A DNA stretch of 64,000 bases from Candidatus Calditenuaceae archaeon HR02. Its GTDB lineage: Archaea > Thermoproteota > Nitrososphaeria_A > Caldarchaeales > Calditenuaceae. A model generated the notes under the pieces. The model had not been told where the DNA came from. It made no database searches and saw nothing but the letters and a program-made list of their open reading frames with translations. How positions within the stretch are numbered: the stretch's first letter is position 1; every line of letters begins with the position of its first letter. The position numbers and the translations under genes are program-made. Of this stretch, positions 59,324 through 64,000 are shown piece after piece. The stretch covers positions 29,122-93,121 of the forward strand of contig BEHE01000006.1 of NCBI GenBank assembly GCA_002898395.1, given 5' to 3'.

Positions 59324-60227
59324 CTACGGCACGTCCTCGGAGGAAGGTTCATTAATACCCTCTCCCAGGTCTCCTCGGCCATGCCTTGGGTCCGGGGAGG
59401 TGCGGGGAGAGGTTACCTCCCCTCCCTCCTCCGAAACCCCAGGCCCTGGCTCGGGGGTCTGGGAGAGAGTTTTTGTCAGCGCCGGCGTCAGCGCGTCGAC
59501 AGCCTCCTTGTATGCCTTGATACTCCTTCCGAGGTAAGTGTCTAGGTAGTGGAATCCGAGCATCACCAACGCGCTCTTCGCGAGGTTCCACACGGCAACG
59601 TGATCCCTGTCGTCGTTGTAACCGCATTTAGGGCACTGGAGCCTGTTCCATTTTCCCCTTCGTACCCCATCAGCGTCAGGAACTTAATGCATATCGAGCT
59701 GGTGTAGTTCGGCGGGACCACCAGAAGTTTCCGGCCCTCTCCGCGACTGCCCTGGTCCTCCTCAGGATCTTCGCGACTGGCCAGGTGTTGAAGATGTAAG
59801 CCTTCTCCGGATCCTTTGACCTAAGTTTTTCCCTGAGCCGCTCAGGATCTAGGTCCTCTATCACGACCGCGTGGCCCCTAGCCATGAACCTCTTAACCAG
59901 CGCGACTGATTTGTTGACCCAGTCGTTGTCAAGGTTCTTGGCGTACCTTAGCCACGACGTGGCTGGTCTTCCATACACTTTCATCGACCTCCTGTTAACC
60001 TTTCTCACGAAGAGGAGCTTGCCCGTGCTCCTCCACATCCTCCTAGTCCTCATCAAGTGGAGCAGCAGTCTCACCTCGAATAGCGCGACGATAACGTCGT
60101 CAACGTTGACGTCCACGACCGTCAGAACCAGCAGCCCTTTCCTCGCGTACTTCCGCAGCAACCTCGTCCTCAGATCGGCCCCGGAACCCGTCGATTCTCC
60201 TCGATAGTGCGAACTCTTTTCGGACAA
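59324..60227 (-). pseudogene. short TnpB-like RuvC/Zn-ribbon gene, two frameshifts
   Basis: VVDVN (RuvC-I), VIEDL (RuvC-II), VPPNYTSSIC, CPKCGYNDDRDHVAVWNL (Zn ribbon, RuvC-III). Confidence 0.75.
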
Positions 60228-60342
60228 ATTGGGTCACTTTGCGGCGCCGACAACCCCGCCGTCCGCAACCCTCCCTTATATCGTCTTCAATATGTACCCT
60301 ACTCTCTCGCTTAAGTAAAGCCTCCGGAACGCGTTCTAAGGT

Positions 60343-61005
60343 ATGGGAAGGGCCGGGAGGCCCCTTCAGACAGACGTGGACCCGCTCCGGGAGCTGGAGA
60401 GGTCCGTGAGGGCCGAGGGTAGTCATCTAGTGGTTGGCCACGAGATCCTCTTAAAGGAGAGTTTCAGGGTGCTGAGGTTGAAGCAGATAACCGAGAGGTT
60501 CCCATCCCTCCTAGTGAGGTTCCGCTCGGACCATAACCCGTGGATCGAGGATGCATCGCTGCTCCTGAGGAAGGAGATAGTCCTACTGACCGTGAGGGTT
60601 AGGGCTAGTGCCTCGGTCCTTGTTGAAGCGAAGGACGTCTCCCTCGAACTCATGATGATGCTGAGCAGGCGCGGCTTCCTGCCCAGCTGGTGGAACGAAA
60701 ATGCGGTGACGCTCAAACTGAGTGCAAAAGGAAGGGAGCGGATCGGAGATCTGGTGTTGGCTGTGAGGAAAGCCCTTCGCGGCTTGCTGAAGAGGGCCGA
60801 GATGTGCAAGAAGGAGCTGGAACGCAAGGTGGACGGGCTTGTGAGGAACGTGATGGGTCTTGACGGCGCCAGGCTCGTGACCGTTCGGACGGCTTCGTTG
60901 GTCGTGGAGATGCTCCTCTCGAGCGTCTATCCGGAGATTGTGGCTTACCTAGTCTTTGCGGTGGAGCCGAAATACGAGAAGGCGCATATGCGACGCAGTC
61001 CTTGA
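60343..61005 (+). CDS. hypothetical protein
   Basis: 220-aa ORF, TATA-like cttaagta near 60310, coding-like composition; no recognised motif. Confidence 0.6.
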   Translation: MGRAGRPLQTDVDPLRELERSVRAEGSHLVVGHEILLKESFRVLRLKQITERFPSLLVRFRSDHNPWIEDASLLLRKEIVLLTVRVRASASVLVEAKDVSLELMMMLSRRGFLPSWWNENAVTLKLSAKGRERIGDLVLAVRKALRGLLKRAEMCKKELERKVDGLVRNVMGLDGARLVTVRTASLVVEMLLSSVYPEIVAYLVFAVEPKYEKAHMRRSP

Positions 61006-61561
61006 TAGACTGGGAATTAGTGACGCGGTATTAGCGAGGGTAATGCACGACGCCTGGACCTTCGGCCTGATCAGGATGTCGCAACAGGGAATAGTCCTGA
61101 CGCATCTCGGCAGGACGCTCCAGTCGCTACTACAGAGTCTTTTGGAGTCCAGGACGCCCGTGCCGGAGTCCACGGATCAGATCTGGATGTACATGATACA
61201 TAACGTCGTTTGCTATGCCATCCTGAAGTTTCCGAAAAAGCTCTCTAAGATCAGCCAGAGGATGAGGGATAACCCGCAGGGCCTAGAGAGGGTCAAGAGG
61301 ATGGTGGAGGAGAACGTGACGTTCGCCGACATACTTGCCTGCTTCACTGTCTACATCGGGTTAGAACTTCCGGAATGGCTGAGGGAAGAGACGCTGTCGA
61401 AGCTGGAGGACCTCGGGATGATGTCGTGGAGGGGGAAGATCAGGCCCTTCGGGAAGGCGCTCGCTATGTGCTTCCTCGACTACCTCAAGGACTCAAGTAT
61501 AATAAACGAGGACAGGATGCCCACGCTGTCGGAGTGGTCGAGAATGCTTGGTCTGAGCTGA
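60956..61561 (+). CDS. hypothetical protein, possible winged-helix elements
   Basis: 201-aa ORF with LTHLGR and LEDLGM...I.PFGK wing-like motifs. Confidence 0.55.
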   Translation: MRWSRNTRRRICDAVLDRLGISDAVLARVMHDAWTFGLIRMSQQGIVLTHLGRTLQSLLQSLLESRTPVPESTDQIWMYMIHNVVCYAILKFPKKLSKISQRMRDNPQGLERVKRMVEENVTFADILACFTVYIGLELPEWLREETLSKLEDLGMMSWRGKIRPFGKALAMCFLDYLKDSSIINEDRMPTLSEWSRMLGLS

Positions 61562-62139
61562 GCAATATTTTTCGACATGCGTAATCCAATCGCTCATCTT
61601 GCAATAGTGTACTAACCTCAAGTTTTTCAGATTGACGGAAAGCCTTGAAGGTCGAGGGATTATAATACGACGTTTTCAGGAAGAGGAAGAGCTCTAGGCT
61701 CATGCCTGCATAGATTGCAATCTAACGTCGAATACAACCATAGGCCCGTGTGGCTAACACGACTCCACGAGGCTCATGGATCTGGTCTACAGGCTATGAT
61801 AAGCTCGGCCTCAGAAGGGATTAATATCTTCTAATGCACATGTTGATAGTATTCGGATAAGGGGTGTATTTAAAGGCCAGGATGTAGTGGCTGTTTGTAT
61901 GGATGTTGTTGCGTTGGTCTCCAGCTGTTTTAGGCGTAATAAAAAAGGCCGCGAAGTTAAGATGCTTGCCGTCATAGATTACATGTTCCACGGCAGCTTT
62001 AGGAGGGGCCTCTAAGATACCTAGCATAGCTGTTGAGCCCATAAGCAAGTCTACTGTACACGAGCCGGCTGAGAAGGCATCCTCTATAGTAGCAATTGCC
62101 TCCTAGATAAATCTTGAACAAGCCAAAAACCATAGTTAA

Positions 62140-62337
62140 TGAGGCCCCTGGTATAGGTGGGCACTAGAGACTAAGATTAGAGTAAGAGTACGAGAGGCTC
62201 GGTATGAGAAGTAGAACCATATAAGTGTGAGGAATTACAAGCAGGGAATAGAGAACCTAAACCTCTTCCCGAACCTATTCGCCATGTACTATCACGCGAT
62301 GAGGAGTGGGGGCGGGTAGAGATGCTTATCTGGGACT
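62140..62337 (+). pseudogene. IS6-family 3' remnant (third copy)
   Basis: RNYKQGIENL..NLFAMYYHAMR and end gatgcttatctggg, homologous to the 17443 and 58625 copies. Confidence 0.7.
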
Positions 62338-62392
62338 TATCCCCAGCGGTAGGTGGAAGGGCTTAAATAACGGTCTAGAGATGCCATCATCC

Positions 62393-62522
62393 GAGGCCGT
62401 TGCCGGTCATAGGGTAGGGGAAACACCCGGTCCCATTCCGAACCCGGAAGTTAAGCCCTACCCGCCCGGCGAGTAGTGCTTTGCGGGAGCGGGCGCGAAA
62501 GCCGGGTGCTGGCAACGGCCTC
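62393..62522 (+). rRNA. rrf: 5S rRNA
   Basis: CACCCGGTCCCATTCCGAACCCGGAAGTTAAGC core; terminal stem gaggccgttgcc/ggcaacggcctc; TATA-like cttaaata at 62362. Confidence 0.95.
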
Positions 62523-62650
62523 CTCATCAGCCCAGTGGCTTTGGAGGCCGGTGATTGATACTAAAGTTACCATATGGTATGGTAGAACCATTTTGAGAAG
62601 AAAGACTAATAAGGATAGCCGTAAGACTGATTGTTTGATTGAGTAACCGT

Positions 62651-62751
62651 GCCGGGGTGCCCTAGCCCGGTAGGGGGGCGGACTAGTATGGCCCAAACTG
62701 CTAATCTGCTGGGCGACGAGCCCGCGAGGGTTCAAATCTCTCCCCAGGGCT
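62651..62751 (+). tRNA. tRNA-Ser(GCT) with 15-nt non-canonical 30/31 BHB intron; acceptor stem degenerate (possible pseudogene)
   Basis: GCGG[actagtatggcccaa]A-CT-GCT-AA-TCTGC, long variable arm, GGTTCAAAT; 3' strand CCCAGGGC pairs poorly with GCCGGGG. Confidence 0.8.
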
Positions 62752-62855
62752 CGTATCTATATTTCTAGATTGGTGAGGGGTGTTGGTTTGATTATAGGTA
62801 AGTGGAAAAATGAAGGGGGGAGGAAAAGAGAGGGGGGTTGGTATTAGTCCTCTTC

Positions 62856-63728
62856 TCATGAGATATCTTCTAGCCTTCTCCTCTTTCTATCAATGGTGAA
62901 GCCGACATTCTCGTAGAACCTCTTATTAAAGCTCATGCGTATCATGACGTAATATTTGTCTTTCCTTCTTTTGTATAGTTTACCTGTATTCGGAGCTCTC
63001 AACGGTGTACCAGCTTGTAGCTGTAGTTTTGGCTCGTCTGAAGTCGTCTCAATACCAATCTTCTTCAGGAGATATATCACATATTTGAGTAACGCATGGT
63101 CGGTATTATACACGATTATGGTGCCGTCTTTATGGACGCTTGCCTCGCTATCAAAGAATCCTCTCAGAAACATTGTGATGCATCGCTCGCAGTATTCAAT
63201 GTATGGTATGATCTTATCGATGCCGATTGGATTCTTGAGCAGTTCATAGAGAGTCCTAGACTGAACTAGTACGACCCATCTACCATATTTATTTAGCCTT
63301 GGATTCAGTGGTTCTCTTCCCAGGACATTCGCCACCCTCCTGCCTAATTCTTCGTCGAACTCTCTGTCCTTAACCTCTAACACTATGTAGCATTCCCTGT
63401 ATCCACACCGTGGCTTGCTTCTCTGATAAGCATATCCATCACCAGCCACCACTCCAATGACATATGCCAGGTCTTCTGATGGCTTCAGGAATTCTATCGA
63501 CGGTATCCTTATACCATTGCATACGCTATGTATTCATCTGCACCAGAAGCTACAGTGAGACTCACTGATAATAACACTATATCTTAGCTTTATCTCATTG
63601 ATTATCTCCCTATATGATAGTCCTTTTCCTCGAAACTCTAAGACATCCTCATAGATCCTTATCCTCAGCTCTCTGGGACGATAACTTCCCCTTCTCTTCC
63701 CCACTATTTCCTCGCCCCTACCACTCAT
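62856..63728 (-). pseudogene. free-standing LAGLIDADG homing endonuclease with N-terminal HTH; one in-frame TGA
   Basis: LAYVIGVVAGDG and FLRGFFDSEA motifs; 63534-63728 ORF is in frame with the 62856-63452 ORF across TGA at 63534-63536. Confidence 0.88.
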
Positions 63729-63729
63729 T

Positions 63730-64000
63730 CTACACCACCTTTCTGAATGCTAGGGTGTATTCGTGCCATAGGTCGTGGCTGTGTCCCTTTATTGTGTGGT
63801 ATCTGGCTAGGCCGGTGTTGGATAGCTTGAACCTCAATGTCTCTACGTGTTTAAACCCGATAATCTCTGCCAGCTCTATTGTCAGGCTTACTAGGTCTCT
63901 TGATAGCTTGTGTAGCTTGTTGTTCCTGAAGTTCTTTAGGACTATTACTGCTAGGTCTCTGTTATTGTTGGTTCTGTTTAGGCATAGGTACATCGAGGCC
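63730..64000 (-). CDS. partial gene, possible DNA methyltransferase C-terminus
   Basis: AVIVLKNFR...GF.HVET...HEYTLAFRK resembles N4/N6 MTase C-terminal strands; truncated by window edge. Confidence 0.45.
   Translation of the reverse strand, partial: ASMYLCLNRTNNNRDLAVIVLKNFRNNKLHKLSRDLVSLTIELAEIIGFKHVETLRFKLSNTGLARYHTIKGHSHDLWHEYTLAFRKVV

Noticed and set aside
61821-62110. Ornithine cyclodeaminase-like N-terminal remnant
   Set aside because: Similarity (AIATIEDAF...PPK) too weak to call by eye
1-64000. CRISPR array
   Set aside because: No regularly spaced direct repeats seen in any intergenic region and no cas genes

Overview
Archaeal chromosomal window, by inference from a thermophilic TACK lineage (Aigarchaeota/Caldarchaeales-like: thermosome, GatDE, ATP-dependent ligase, BHB-intron tRNAs, TackOD1-like protein). 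0.2-14.7 kb is a type IV pilus-like locus (TadC/FlaJ-like platform, major pilin, six pilin-like or Thr-rich proteins) with an embedded glycosylation cassette. The middle holds housekeeping and metabolic genes, a frameshifted IS110 with a structured 3' non-coding end, a decaying dehydrogenase-kinase-enolase-like operon and an ArxABC-like Mo/W oxidoreductase operon. 54.8-62.3 kb is a mobile-element graveyard (IS1595, IS5, IS6 remnants, MNT-HEPN, VapBC, a short RuvC-only TnpB-like gene) beside 5S rRNA and tRNA-Ser. Most striking pattern: all three tRNA genes carry BHB introns (two have non-canonical ones) and each sits tail-to-tail with a copy or remnant of the same free-standing LAGLIDADG endonuclease gene family. 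All product calls come from motif recognition by eye; no database searches were run.
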